Shown piece after piece: positions 1 to 10,171 of a stretch of 64,000 nucleotides of DNA (position 1 is the stretch's first letter; each line of letters starts with the position of its first letter). The stretch spans positions 45,885 through 109,884 of the forward strand of contig JAJZKO010000001.1 of NCBI GenBank assembly GCA_021850805.1, given 5' to 3'. The position numbers were made by a program, and so were the translations under genes. The DNA comes from Candidatus Micrarchaeota archaeon (GTDB lineage: Archaea > Micrarchaeota > Micrarchaeia > Micrarchaeales > CABMGC01). The notes beneath the pieces were generated by a model. The model saw only the letters and a program-made list of their open reading frames with translations. It ran no database searches and was not told where the DNA came from.

Positions 1-648
1 AAGCAGCGAAGCGAAAACCCCATTCCTTGCAGCGTCGGCTGCCGTGCATCCTTTCCACATGCTTAGCTCGCCTGCCCTAGTCTGACGCATGCTTATGCTG
101 TTGTTTAAGGAAAGGCTTATCGCATTCACAAAGCCCTCTTTTTCAAGACCCATGAGCGAAGCAAGTCCAGCCGCAGATGATATTGATATGTAGGTCACAT
201 GATCCCAGCCCTTTGCACGTATTGAAAAAGAATCTGCAAAGGCGCATGCCACTTGATAGGATACGGCAATTGAGGCTATCGCATCCTTTTCAGAAAATCC
301 CATGGCGTCTGCGCAGCATAGTATTGGGGGTATGTTGTCTGAAGGATGCAGAGCTTCCTTGGACAGGTATGTATCGCTGTAATCAAGATATCTTGTCATT
401 GTTCCGTTTATGAATGTGGCAACATCTACTGATGCGGCCTCGCCGAAGAAGTATGTCCGCGAGTTGTATCTTCCTGAGCTTGGGAGTAGCGCTGCCCTTG
501 ATATGCTAACAGGCTTCTCCTTGGCCGCCCCGAACGATACAAATATTGAATCGATAATCCTCATCCTGATGAGCTCTTCGGTCTCCTTTTTCACCCCTGA
601 TTCGGAGACGTTTCTTGAATACTCATATAGCTTCTCTGCCAGGAACAT
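1..648 (-). CDS. prpD: MmgE/PrpD family 2-methylcitrate dehydratase (5' part; runs off window start)
   Basis: Not in ORF track. Manual translation from ATG at 648: MFLAEKLYEY...ATFINGTMTRYLDYSDTYLSKEALHPSDN...MRQTRAGELSMWKGCTAADAARNGVFASLL, typical PrpD motifs. Confidence 0.88.
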   Translation of the reverse strand, partial: MFLAEKLYEYSRNVSESGVKKETEELIRMRIIDSIFVSFGAAKEKPVSISRAALLPSSGRYNSRTYFFGEAASVDVATFINGTMTRYLDYSDTYLSKEALHPSDNIPPILCCADAMGFSEKDAIASIAVSYQVACAFADSFSIRAKGWDHVTYISISSAAGLASLMGLEKEGFVNAISLSLNNSISMRQTRAGELSMWKGCTAADAARNGVFASLL

Positions 649-746
649 AACCAACCCTTACCTATGTACAATCTAAGGGATACAAAAGTATATATTTTAA
701 ATATGGTTGCATCTCTACTGCATGGTTTGCCAGAGGCATCTAGAAG

Positions 747-1514
747 ATGAGACATGATGATGAAGTGGTGTTTGGGAAGGAAGGTGGAATCGCAAGCATC
801 GCCATAAACAGGGCAGGAAGCATGAATGCGATCAGTTCTGATATCGCAGATGCGCTTGGGCGTTGTATCAAGGAAGTTGGAAAAGATCCAGTTATTAAGG
901 CAGTTGTAATCTCAGGCAGCGGAGGAAAAGCATTCTCTGCCGGGGCAGATATAAAATATATTTCCACTTTGAAGGGTGGAGCAGAGGCAAGAAAGTTTTC
1001 TGAAGAGATGCATGACCTGTTTGATAGGATAGAGTCCCTTGAGAAAGTAGTTATAGCGGCGATAGAAGGCTACTGCCTTGGCGGCGGATGCGAACTGGCA
1101 ATGGCGTGCGACATAAGGATAGCCGGGAATTCTGCGGTATTTGGGCAGCCGGAAGTTAAGCTTGGCTTGGTGCCCGGGGGCGGAGGGACTTACAGGCTCC
1201 AGCAGATTGTTGGAGTTGGAATGGCAAAGGAGCTGATATTCTCAGGGAGGAGCATAAGTGCAGAAGAAGCATTTAGGATAGGATTGGTTAACAGGGTGGT
1301 AAAAGCAGGCGCGGCGCTTGCAGAGGCGAAGATCCTTGCAGAGGAGATATGCCACAACAGCTCAAATGCGGTGCAGCTTTCGAAAAAGCTGATAAACACA
1401 GGGATTAGGAGCAATGGGGAGATGGAGAAGAGTTCGTTTGCTTCATGTTTCAATGGCGGTGATGCAAGAGAGGGCATAGATGCCTTCCTTAGCAAAAGGA
1501 GGCCTGATTTTTAA
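747..1514 (+). CDS. Enoyl-CoA hydratase/crotonase
   Basis: AFSAGADI, GGGCELAMACDIR, PEVKLGLVPGGGG crotonase motifs. Confidence 0.93.
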   Translation: MRHDDEVVFGKEGGIASIAINRAGSMNAISSDIADALGRCIKEVGKDPVIKAVVISGSGGKAFSAGADIKYISTLKGGAEARKFSEEMHDLFDRIESLEKVVIAAIEGYCLGGGCELAMACDIRIAGNSAVFGQPEVKLGLVPGGGGTYRLQQIVGVGMAKELIFSGRSISAEEAFRIGLVNRVVKAGAALAEAKILAEEICHNSSNAVQLSKKLINTGIRSNGEMEKSSFASCFNGGDAREGIDAFLSKRRPDF

Positions 1515-1525
1515 GGGTAGGAACT

Positions 1526-2752
1526 ATGGAAGAGGTATTTATTGTTGATGCTGCAAGGAGCCCCATAGGCAAGTTCCTTGGGAAGCTTTCTGGAATAGGC
1601 GCCACTCACCTTGCTGCAGAAGTCCTGCAGGGGATGCTCAAGCGCACTCCGATAAATAAGGATGAGGTAGACGATCTTATACTCGGCAACGTCATCTCCT
1701 CAGGGCTCGGGCAGAACATAGCAAAGCAGGTAGTGGTATACGCTGGCCTCCCGAACAAGACTCCGGCTTATGCTGTGAACAAGGTATGTGCATCAAGCCT
1801 GAAGGCAGTCGCGCTGGGGAGCGAGGAGATATCCGCAGGCAATGCAGATGTTGTAATTGCAGGGGGCGCAGAGAGCATGAGCAACGCCCCTTTTGTCCTA
1901 AACGGAGTCAGGAAGTTCCACAAGTTCGGTAATCTGGAACTGGGAGATTTCCTGTCAAAAGCACATGAGGCAGGCGGCGATCCGGAGAGGATGACACTTG
2001 TTGATGAAATGCTCTATGAAGGACTTATAGACTGCTACAGTGGAAAGCACATGGGAAGCATAGCCGAGAGCATGGCTTCCGAATATGGAGTTACAAGAAA
2101 TGAAGAAGACGAATTTGCGCTTGAGAGCCACAGGAAAGCGGCTGCAGCAGAGGATTCTGGTAAGTTCTCACGCGAGATTATTCCAGTAGCTTCACCTGAT
2201 GGAAGCGTGGTAAGCGGAGATGAAGGGATACGCAGGGATACCAGCCTTGAGAGGCTATCGGCACTTAAACCGGTATTTGATAGCAAAGGTACGATAACAG
2301 CAGGCAACTCTTCGCAGCTTAGCGATGGGGCATCGTTCCTGATATTAGTCTCAGGTGGCAAGCTCAAGGAACTGGGATTGAAACCACTTGCACAGGTCAT
2401 TTCTTATTCTGCATCAGGCAGCGACCCTGATAAATATGGCATTGCGCCTGTTTCTTCTGCAAGAGATGCACTTGCAAAGGCAGGGTTAGGAACAGATGAC
2501 GTAGACCTGGTGGAACTTAACGAAGCCTTCTGCGTACAGGCACTTAGTGTAATAAAGTCCATTGGGATAGAGCGATCGAGGTTCAACGTAAACGGCGGGG
2601 CTACCGCCCTTGGGCATCCGCTTGGCGCTACTGGCGCGTGCATACTTTCTACACTTTTATATGCTTTGCATGATAGGAATAAGCAGATCGGTCTGGCAAC
2701 GCTCTGCCATGGGGGAGGCGGAGCAATGTCGGTAGTAGTAAGAAGAGGTTGA
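1526..2752 (+). CDS. Acetyl-CoA C-acyltransferase (thiolase)
   Basis: NKVCASS catalytic Cys, NEAF, GHPLGATG and CHGGG motifs. Confidence 0.95.
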   Translation: MEEVFIVDAARSPIGKFLGKLSGIGATHLAAEVLQGMLKRTPINKDEVDDLILGNVISSGLGQNIAKQVVVYAGLPNKTPAYAVNKVCASSLKAVALGSEEISAGNADVVIAGGAESMSNAPFVLNGVRKFHKFGNLELGDFLSKAHEAGGDPERMTLVDEMLYEGLIDCYSGKHMGSIAESMASEYGVTRNEEDEFALESHRKAAAAEDSGKFSREIIPVASPDGSVVSGDEGIRRDTSLERLSALKPVFDSKGTITAGNSSQLSDGASFLILVSGGKLKELGLKPLAQVISYSASGSDPDKYGIAPVSSARDALAKAGLGTDDVDLVELNEAFCVQALSVIKSIGIERSRFNVNGGATALGHPLGATGACILSTLLYALHDRNKQIGLATLCHGGGGAMSVVVRRG

Positions 2753-2756
2753 ATAG

Positions 2757-3602
2757 ATGAACGTCGCAATAATAGGCGCAGGGACTATGGGCTCTGGAAT
2801 AGCGCAGGTAGTCCTTAAGGCAGGGCATGAACTTACGCTTGTAAGCGAGAGCGAGGAATCGGTATTCAGGGGTTCGGAGATGGTGCGTGCAGGCTTCGAG
2901 AAGGCCATTGCAAAGGGCAAGATGACGGCAGAAGAGCGGGATGGTGCTCTTAAGAGGATGAAAACAGCAGTAAGCATGGAGGGAGCCAAGGATGCGGAAC
3001 TCGTCATAGAAGCAGTGCCTGAGACATTAAAGACAAAGTCAGAGGTATTGGTGAATGCCGAGGGTTATCTTGGCGAGAATGCGCTTATAGCTACGAATAC
3101 GTCTTCCTTATCCATAAACAAACTTGCCTCTTACCTTGCTAAACCCGAAAGGTTTATAGGAATGCATTTCTTCAACCCGGCCCCGGTGATGAAGGTTGTG
3201 GAGGTTGTTACCGGAGACAAGACCTCGGAAGATACCAAGAAAAGAGCTAACGAATTCATCGACGGCCTCGGGAAGACTGCGGTAGACGTTAAGGACTCGC
3301 CGGGATTTATATCCAACCGGCTTCTCATGATTTACATAAATGAGGCGATAAACAGTTTTGCAGATGGTATTGCCACGAAGGAAGCGATAGATACTATAGC
3401 GAGGCTTGGCTTTAATCATCCTATGGGGCCTTTTGAGCTTGCCGATTTCATAGGCTTAGACGTATGCAAGGATATAATGGAGGCAATATATATGCAGAGC
3501 GGAGACAAGAGGTTTGAACCTTCCAGCCTTCTCGTAAGGCTTGTGAATGAGGGCAGGCGGGGCAGGAAAAACGGCCATGGATTTTACGACTACAAAGGGT
3601 AG
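2757..3602 (+). CDS. hbd: 3-hydroxybutyryl/3-hydroxyacyl-CoA dehydrogenase
   Basis: GAGTMGSG Rossmann motif, TNTSS, GMHFFNP, PGFISNR, HPMGPFEL. Confidence 0.93.
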   Translation: MNVAIIGAGTMGSGIAQVVLKAGHELTLVSESEESVFRGSEMVRAGFEKAIAKGKMTAEERDGALKRMKTAVSMEGAKDAELVIEAVPETLKTKSEVLVNAEGYLGENALIATNTSSLSINKLASYLAKPERFIGMHFFNPAPVMKVVEVVTGDKTSEDTKKRANEFIDGLGKTAVDVKDSPGFISNRLLMIYINEAINSFADGIATKEAIDTIARLGFNHPMGPFELADFIGLDVCKDIMEAIYMQSGDKRFEPSSLLVRLVNEGRRGRKNGHGFYDYKG

Positions 3603-3606
3603 ATGC

Positions 3607-4839
3607 TTAGTATTCTTGATCAGGAACTATGCGTATCTTCTTCCCGTAAAGGTCCATGAATGATTCCTCCACCTTGGCTTTGGAGGCTGTGGTTTCTTTC
3701 TCTACAGCTCTGAGTTTGTCTTCCATCTGTTCCTTTGATTCCTTTGACTTCTCGATGCTTCGCAGGCCTGCCTCGAGCTCTTCCTTAGTCTTCTCAAGAC
3801 TGTAAAGCTCCTGCTGCAGAGACCTTATGATATTCCTCCTGGAGGATATCTCATCCATCCTTTCAGCCATTCCGAAATCAATGACTCTGTCTATCGTATT
3901 TATTATATCTTCGGGATTCTTTATGTCTATCTTTGACTCAGAGATTGAACTTCTCATATCCTTCACAAGCCTTATGAAATTCTCTCTTGTGCCTTTCTCA
4001 CTTATGAGCCTCTCTGGATTGTCTATTATGGAGCTGAGCTTCTCCTTTTCCGCAGAGATATGGTCGTACTTCTTTGCTGACCTCTTGATCTGCGCAAGTG
4101 CTGCCTCTACCTCATTGTAGATACTAGATACGCGGGATGATTCCTCAGCGATCCTCTTCCTTAAGGAGTATACTTTTTCATGGAGTTTGGTGCCTTCTGC
4201 TCTGCCTGCACTGTTGTCGTGGCTTTCAGCAGCCATATCGCCAAGGGAAGATATGGATGCGCGGAGTTCTGAAGAAGTTGCATATAGTGACTCGAGTTCT
4301 GCTATGCTTGAATAAAGCCTCTGGAACCTTGAGTATTGCGGCTCATGGCGCTCTATTGCAAGGCCTGCCCTCTTTGAGACTTCTTCAAGAATGGAGTATG
4401 CCTTCTTGAAATCGCCAATGTTGTTGGAATAGCTATATATCACCTGCCTGAAGCTTCCGTTCGACTGCAGGATCTTCGAAAGTATCTTGTCTACCTTACC
4501 GCGCATATCCATCAGGCGCGCGTATGATGACTCTCCACTGTACTCGCATCCTGAGAGCGCAGAGATTATGCCAAGCATTGTCTTTGAGTATGCACTTTTC
4601 TGCGCCTTTATCGAGTTGATGTTGGGCATGTACATGTTCTCGGTGTTTGGCTCTATCGCAAGTGCCTCGAATTCGCTGCAGGCGCGTTCGAATATCGATA
4701 TTGATGTTGCGATTTCCGCTTTCGCGCGCTGCTCTGTGCGCGTTATCTCAGGCATACTCTGATCGAATGCATCTATGGAAAGCCTGCGGAGTTCGCCAAG
4801 ACGAACTTCTTCTTGAGATTTTGGTTTCCTGAAAAACAT
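3607..4839 (-). CDS. Hypothetical coiled-coil protein
   Basis: 410-aa charged helical ORF, no recognisable motif. Confidence 0.7.
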   Translation of the reverse strand: MFFRKPKSQEEVRLGELRRLSIDAFDQSMPEITRTEQRAKAEIATSISIFERACSEFEALAIEPNTENMYMPNINSIKAQKSAYSKTMLGIISALSGCEYSGESSYARLMDMRGKVDKILSKILQSNGSFRQVIYSYSNNIGDFKKAYSILEEVSKRAGLAIERHEPQYSRFQRLYSSIAELESLYATSSELRASISSLGDMAAESHDNSAGRAEGTKLHEKVYSLRKRIAEESSRVSSIYNEVEAALAQIKRSAKKYDHISAEKEKLSSIIDNPERLISEKGTRENFIRLVKDMRSSISESKIDIKNPEDIINTIDRVIDFGMAERMDEISSRRNIIRSLQQELYSLEKTKEELEAGLRSIEKSKESKEQMEDKLRAVEKETTASKAKVEESFMDLYGKKIRIVPDQEY

Positions 4840-4981
4840 AAGGCATATCTCTACAGAAAAACGTATAATTTTACGCTTATGCTTATGGGTTACCGGCTCT
4901 CCTGCTGTTTCTGCGGCATCTTATATTTATATATTTTTACTTTTAGAGAATATTGCCGCTTCTTAGTCTTAGCTGGTTCTA

Positions 4982-6136
4982 ATGGGATTTGAGATACCTA
5001 ACATATACAGAAGCAGGTATTCAAGGTTCTTGATACTTGTTCCATTAGCCCTGCTCTTTGCAAGTTTATACTTTGCACGGGGAATAACTCTGGACTCGAC
5101 GCTGAGCGGCGGAGAGAGTATACTTATACAGGCCAACACCACCCTAAGCCCGCAGCAGCTTTCCGGAATGATAGCGAGCGCGCTACATACACCTGCTCCG
5201 TCTATAACCAAGGGCACTGGAACACTGCAGATAACTATAGCGTCCAACTCAAGCATCTCGCAGGCTTATACGGACCTTGCCTCATTCTATACTTACAGGA
5301 ACTACTACGACAGCTACAACCTGAATTATACCACCATAAAGATAGGCTTGGGAGAAGACCCTTCCAACTCCACCCTTGCCAAAGAGCTAAATTACACGGA
5401 AAGGAACATGAGCGAGTATATGAGTCTCATGAACAAATCCCTGGTAAGCGAGCTCTCCCTTCTCTCACCTTTCGTAGGAAGCGAGAGGTTCATACCAAAT
5501 GATACCTCAAATATGACAGCAGTAGCGAGCAGTGCTTACACGGACGCGGGCCTTGTTTATGAGAACCGTACCATATCTGCACTGCATAAGATAGTGCCTT
5601 TCACTAGTTATACATATCAGGAGATAACCGCCTCAGAGAGCAGCCAGTTCCTGGGGCAGCTTGAGGAGATAATGATAGTTGCATTCGTCCTTATCTCTAT
5701 AGCAGTATTCTTTATAGTCAGGTCTTTTGGGCCTTCCTTTGCGGTAATATTCGGGGCTGCGAACGACATCATAGTAGCACTCGGAGCAATGAGCCTCTTC
5801 GGGATTCCCCTTGGAACCGCAAGCATAGGCGGCCTCCTGATGCTCCTTGGTTATTCAATAGATACTGATGTGCTTACGGCAATACGCATACTTAAGAGGC
5901 ATGAAGGAACGCCTGAAGACAGGGCTTATGCATCTATGAAGACAGGAATAACGATGACTACTGCAGCCATAGTCTCCTTCGCGATACTTTTCGCAGTATC
6001 GGTTATACTCTACGTGCCTTCATATTACGAGATATCAGGGGCTGTGCTCTTCGGGCTTATAGGAGATATATTCACTACGTGGCTTGGCAACGCCTCGATA
6101 ATACTCTTCTACGCGCGGAGGAGGAGTGGTGGTTAG
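4982..6136 (+). CDS. secF: Protein translocase subunit SecF
   Basis: LDSTLSGG N-terminal motif, LLMLLGYSIDTDVL motif, C-terminal TM bundle; adjacent to secD. Confidence 0.9.
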   Translation: MGFEIPNIYRSRYSRFLILVPLALLFASLYFARGITLDSTLSGGESILIQANTTLSPQQLSGMIASALHTPAPSITKGTGTLQITIASNSSISQAYTDLASFYTYRNYYDSYNLNYTTIKIGLGEDPSNSTLAKELNYTERNMSEYMSLMNKSLVSELSLLSPFVGSERFIPNDTSNMTAVASSAYTDAGLVYENRTISALHKIVPFTSYTYQEITASESSQFLGQLEEIMIVAFVLISIAVFFIVRSFGPSFAVIFGAANDIIVALGAMSLFGIPLGTASIGGLLMLLGYSIDTDVLTAIRILKRHEGTPEDRAYASMKTGITMTTAAIVSFAILFAVSVILYVPSYYEISGAVLFGLIGDIFTTWLGNASIILFYARRRSGG

Positions 6137-7735
6137 ATGAACATAAAACCTTACGTAAAAAACAAGAACATGGTTGCTTTTATAGCCATACTGTTCATAC
6201 TTGCCGTGCTGGACATCCTAAATTACCATGCAATAATTACGCAGCATCTTGGTGTGTCATTCATAGGGGGCACACAGATACCGATAACCCTCGCGACAAA
6301 TGCCACCCCAAGTCAGATGAGCCAGATAATATCCACGCTTGATAAGAGGCTCTCTACCTTTGGGCTTAGCCAGCCCACGATATATGGCGTGGGCGACAGG
6401 GAAGTTCTTGTCACAATACACAATTCTAGCGCATCGCAGATCAGCAGCACGCTGAAAGTTATAGAGAGCCAGGGTGTCTTCCAGGGAGTCGTAAGCGGAA
6501 GGGTTGCTATAAACGGATCCTCGATACTGCCCGACAGCGTAGGTGCCGCAAACCCTGTTGTTAATGGCACTTCGGTTACATGGACCGTGAATTTTTACCT
6601 TACGGAACAGGCTTCGCGTTACTTCTCCAACATAGTATTCGGGCAGGCTAATAAGCCGCTCTTCCTTTTCCTTGACAGGCCATCCAACTCCATAGTGCTT
6701 ATTAATGCATCTATACTCGGAAATGGAGCGCAACTTGGCAGCGCGCTGAGCGAGGCTGAAGAGGTAGCCGCAATGGATAACGCCACCATACTGCAGAACG
6801 GCACCATGCCCGTAGAGGTTCTGAGCTCAAATGGAGGAAACTGGAATTCGGTAAAAGGTTTCTTCGATGCCAACAGGGGAAGGTACAGGAACGTCATACT
6901 TCAGAACAGTACACCAGCTGCGATATCATCGAACCTCACGAAGATGAATTACACGCTTGATTACGTACCGCTCTCCAGTATGGTACCGCAGTTCACCGCA
7001 TCCCCAACAGGTGCGCCGACTGTCAGCGCATGGCCTGCCATAGGTCTCCTTACAATGGCATTCCTTAATCCAAGCATAACAAATGGCACGTTCAGCCAGG
7101 CTTATGATATATCAGGAGGTGTGCCCGCCAACCTTACCCTAGTCCAGGGGGAGAACTATGCAGTCAACCAGACAAAGACAATAGAGAGCATACTAAGCGG
7201 AGGCGCACTGCCTGTGCAGGTTACGGTGGGCACGCCTGTTACTACTCCACCCACGCTTGGAAAGTACTTTGAGTATGTGAGCTTCGTAGCGCTTCTTCTG
7301 GTGGTAATAGCAGTGTCAGTAGTTATAGCTGTAAGATACAGGAAGGCTTTCCTCATCGTACCTATAATGATAACCACGATAGCCGAGCTTTTCATAATAC
7401 TTTCCATAATAGGGCTTATAGGAACAATAGACATACCGACAATAGCCGGCGCGATTGCTGTGATAGGGACAGGGGTTGATGCACAGATAATAATAACCGA
7501 TGAAGTGCTCTCGAAATCATCCTCGGGGGCGAACATGAGGCTCAAGCTTGGCAATGCGTTTTATATAGTCTGGGCAGATGCTATCCTTCTTACAATCGCG
7601 ATGTTCCCGCTCCTTGTCTCGTCGCTTACAAGCATAATAGGCTTTTCCGAATCGACTATAATAGGGGCACTCCTCGGCGCAATAATAACCAGGCCCACAT
7701 ACGGGGCGATAATAGCAAGGAAGTATGGCGGCTGA
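6137..7735 (+). CDS. secD: Protein translocase subunit SecD
   Basis: FIGGT, LDKRLSTFGL, SGGALPV, PTLG and IAVIGTGVDAQIIITDE motifs. Confidence 0.9.
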   Translation: MNIKPYVKNKNMVAFIAILFILAVLDILNYHAIITQHLGVSFIGGTQIPITLATNATPSQMSQIISTLDKRLSTFGLSQPTIYGVGDREVLVTIHNSSASQISSTLKVIESQGVFQGVVSGRVAINGSSILPDSVGAANPVVNGTSVTWTVNFYLTEQASRYFSNIVFGQANKPLFLFLDRPSNSIVLINASILGNGAQLGSALSEAEEVAAMDNATILQNGTMPVEVLSSNGGNWNSVKGFFDANRGRYRNVILQNSTPAAISSNLTKMNYTLDYVPLSSMVPQFTASPTGAPTVSAWPAIGLLTMAFLNPSITNGTFSQAYDISGGVPANLTLVQGENYAVNQTKTIESILSGGALPVQVTVGTPVTTPPTLGKYFEYVSFVALLLVVIAVSVVIAVRYRKAFLIVPIMITTIAELFIILSIIGLIGTIDIPTIAGAIAVIGTGVDAQIIITDEVLSKSSSGANMRLKLGNAFYIVWADAILLTIAMFPLLVSSLTSIIGFSESTIIGALLGAIITRPTYGAIIARKYGG

Positions 7736-7829
7736 TTCCGAGGCATAAGCCCCTACGCTATTACTTTATTCAGGCAGGTTTTGCAAAGTTATTTATTATT
7801 TTAATCGGATGTACACATGAGAAGAGAAC

Positions 7830-7994
7830 ATGCATCACAAGGTCTTGCTTTCACAGCGCAGTAAGGCACAGAGCGCCATGGAGTACCTGATGACCTATGG
7901 ATGGGCGATACTGATTATCGCAGTGGTTCTTGGCGCGCTCTTCGAGCTCGGCGTCTTCAGCGGAACTTTCTTCATGCCTCATGTGCAGCCTTAA
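7830..7994 (+). CDS. 54-aa class III signal-peptide (pilin-like) mini-gene, apparent internal-deletion copy of 36830..37723
   Basis: MHHKVLLSQRSKAQSAMEYLMTYGWAILIIAVVLGALFELGVFSGTFFMPHVQP*; below ORF-track cut-off; may be a pseudogene. Confidence 0.7.
   Translation: MHHKVLLSQRSKAQSAMEYLMTYGWAILIIAVVLGALFELGVFSGTFFMPHVQP
7878..7985 (+). repeat. Dispersed repeat copy 1 (pilin N-terminal coding segment)
   Basis: 108 nt matching 36860..36967 with 7 third-position mismatches. Confidence 0.9.
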
Positions 7995-8117
7995 CGCATT
8001 GTATTGTTACCATTTTTGCGCAGGTTTGGCTGCAAAATAGCTTTATGCAGAGAATAGGCAGTATTTTATATCATCTCCGTACAGGATATTTCTGTCGAAT
8101 CTAGATAAGGAGAGCTT

Positions 8118-8753
8118 ATGCGTTTCTGCCCTACATGCAGTAATTCTGAGAATGACGCCAGATTTTACGGCAACTACTGCGAGGCATGCATGGGCAAGAA
8201 GGTCCTTGTAAAGCTTGACGACAGCGTGAAGGCATCGATATGCGGCAAGTGCGGGCGAATAAAGGGAAGCGGATTTTTCCATAAGGCTGACGAGAAGGGA
8301 TTCGAGACCGTGCTTAACGAACGTTTCAGGGGCTATCGCGTGAAGGTACTTGGGTATTCAGGTTTGGAGGTCTCTGCTGAATTCACTGCAGATACTGGCA
8401 GTGGGGAGATAGTGGTGGATAAGGAGGTCAGGCTTGAACTCTCTAAAGTCACTTGCGAAAGATGCTATAGAAAATCTTGCGGGTATTATGAGGCTGTCAT
8501 GCAGCTGCGGGGCAGCGCAGAGAGAATAAGGAGATATGAGGATAAGATATGCAGGAAGGCACAGCGCGACGAGGAGTTTGTCACTAAAGTGGAGGAAAAT
8601 GATGGGGGGATAGATATATACCTTAGCAGCAAGAAGGTCGCTTCTGCCATACTATCCGAGATGGGCATAAAGCCAATACGCTCCTACACCCTAAGCGGAC
8701 TCAAGAACGGGAGGAAAATTTATAAGAATACATATGCAATACATCTCTGGTAA
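8118..8753 (+). CDS. nmd3: NMD3 family ribosome biogenesis protein
   Basis: Multiple CxxC pairs and GYYEAVMQLRG motif. Confidence 0.88.
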   Translation: MRFCPTCSNSENDARFYGNYCEACMGKKVLVKLDDSVKASICGKCGRIKGSGFFHKADEKGFETVLNERFRGYRVKVLGYSGLEVSAEFTADTGSGEIVVDKEVRLELSKVTCERCYRKSCGYYEAVMQLRGSAERIRRYEDKICRKAQRDEEFVTKVEENDGGIDIYLSSKKVASAILSEMGIKPIRSYTLSGLKNGRKIYKNTYAIHLW

Positions 8754-8758
8754 GTGGT

Positions 8759-10105
8759 TTGCAGGATGTTCCGCAGCAGAATTATTACAAAGGCAAAGTA
8801 AGCGCAAGGGCTGCTACAGCGGTAGGGTTGGGTGCCATAATAGGCGCAGGCATATTCGTTCTTAGCGGAACTGCGATAGCGATAGCAGGCGTATACGCGA
8901 TAGTATCATTTCTCATCGTAGGTCTCGTAGCTATAATAGTCGCAATGGAGCTTGGCGAGCTCGGTTCGATAATGCCCAGGCTTAAGGGAGGCGCTTACTC
9001 TTATGTATATGAGGCATTCGGAAGCGAATTGGGCTTCATATCTGGCATACTTCTTTACTTCAGCTTTGCGACAGGAGTATCCGCAGTTGCGCTTGGTTTC
9101 GGATCCTATCTTGCAAGCATATTTGGAATAACGATGCATGCGTTCGTCGTGGGGTTTGCGGCCATGCTTATAGTAGTGCTTTCCTTTGTGAATATGCGCG
9201 GGATACGCAAGGCGGCTAAGGCAGACCTTGGTTTGGTAATAGTAAAACTGTTTATACTCTTTATATTCGCAGCTGCGGCAGTGTTTATAGCCGCATCGTC
9301 CAAAGGTGGCATCTCTGCTGTTAACTTCTCGGCTACCGCGCAGCAGGCAACCATAGGTGCAGTATTCGCGGCGAGCGTCGCGGTACTCTTCGCGTACTCC
9401 GGCTTTCAGGCAATATCCACATTTACCTCCGAGATCGAGGGTGGGAGCAGGAAGGCAGCGATGGCCGTGATATACGCTGTGGCGATAAGCATAGTCGTCT
9501 ATCTTGCGGTAATAATAGCGCTCATCCTGCTTGTCCCGGCATCGCAGTATACAGTAGCTGCAGATCCGCTCTCCTTCGCCCTTACGCATTCGGGGGCTCC
9601 TGGATGGCTCTCGCTTCTTGTAGATATAGGGGCGCTTATAGCGACAACATCGGCGACCCTTGCGCTTATACTCAGCTCTTCAAGGGTGCTTTACCAGATA
9701 GGCGAAAACAAGCTTCTGCCGCACTTCTTCAGGAAGTATGACCGAAGGAAGGATGTCGCAGTTAACGGGATACTCCTTACAGCGCTGATCTCCCTCCTTA
9801 TGCTCGGTTCGGGGAACATATACATAATAGCGGCAATAAGCAACTTCGGGCTCATTTTCTCTTACATACTTGCAAGCTTCGCAGTATTCCATTTCAGGAG
9901 AATAAAGGCACAGGCAGAGTTCAGGACGCCCCTTTATCCTTATACGTCTATTGTGGCAGTGCTTCTGCTCTTTGCCATTATGGCAGGCATGCCCAGGGAA
10001 GCGCTCATATTCGGCACCCTCTCCGTATTGTTCCTGCTTATTTTTTATTACTTCATGCGTGAGCTTAAGGAGAAGAAAGTTGTCAGGATTTATCTCTTCA
10101 GATAA
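8759..10105 (+). CDS. APC family amino acid permease
   Basis: GAIIGAGIF, GGAYSY, FAYSGF, SSSRVLY; about 12 TM segments. Confidence 0.9.
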   Translation: MQDVPQQNYYKGKVSARAATAVGLGAIIGAGIFVLSGTAIAIAGVYAIVSFLIVGLVAIIVAMELGELGSIMPRLKGGAYSYVYEAFGSELGFISGILLYFSFATGVSAVALGFGSYLASIFGITMHAFVVGFAAMLIVVLSFVNMRGIRKAAKADLGLVIVKLFILFIFAAAAVFIAASSKGGISAVNFSATAQQATIGAVFAASVAVLFAYSGFQAISTFTSEIEGGSRKAAMAVIYAVAISIVVYLAVIIALILLVPASQYTVAADPLSFALTHSGAPGWLSLLVDIGALIATTSATLALILSSSRVLYQIGENKLLPHFFRKYDRRKDVAVNGILLTALISLLMLGSGNIYIIAAISNFGLIFSYILASFAVFHFRRIKAQAEFRTPLYPYTSIVAVLLLFAIMAGMPREALIFGTLSVLFLLIFYYFMRELKEKKVVRIYLFR

Positions 10106-10171
10106 ATTGTTTTACGTTTTTTAACGAAGTATTGCTAGAGACGTATATACCACGCATGAGATAAGTAAAGT

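Noticed and set aside
177..676. Plus-strand ORFs 177..413 and 410..676
   Set aside because: Antisense to prpD
7901..8104. ORF MGDTDYRSG..., similar to part of 36784..37071
   Set aside because: Alternate frame of the repeated pilin head
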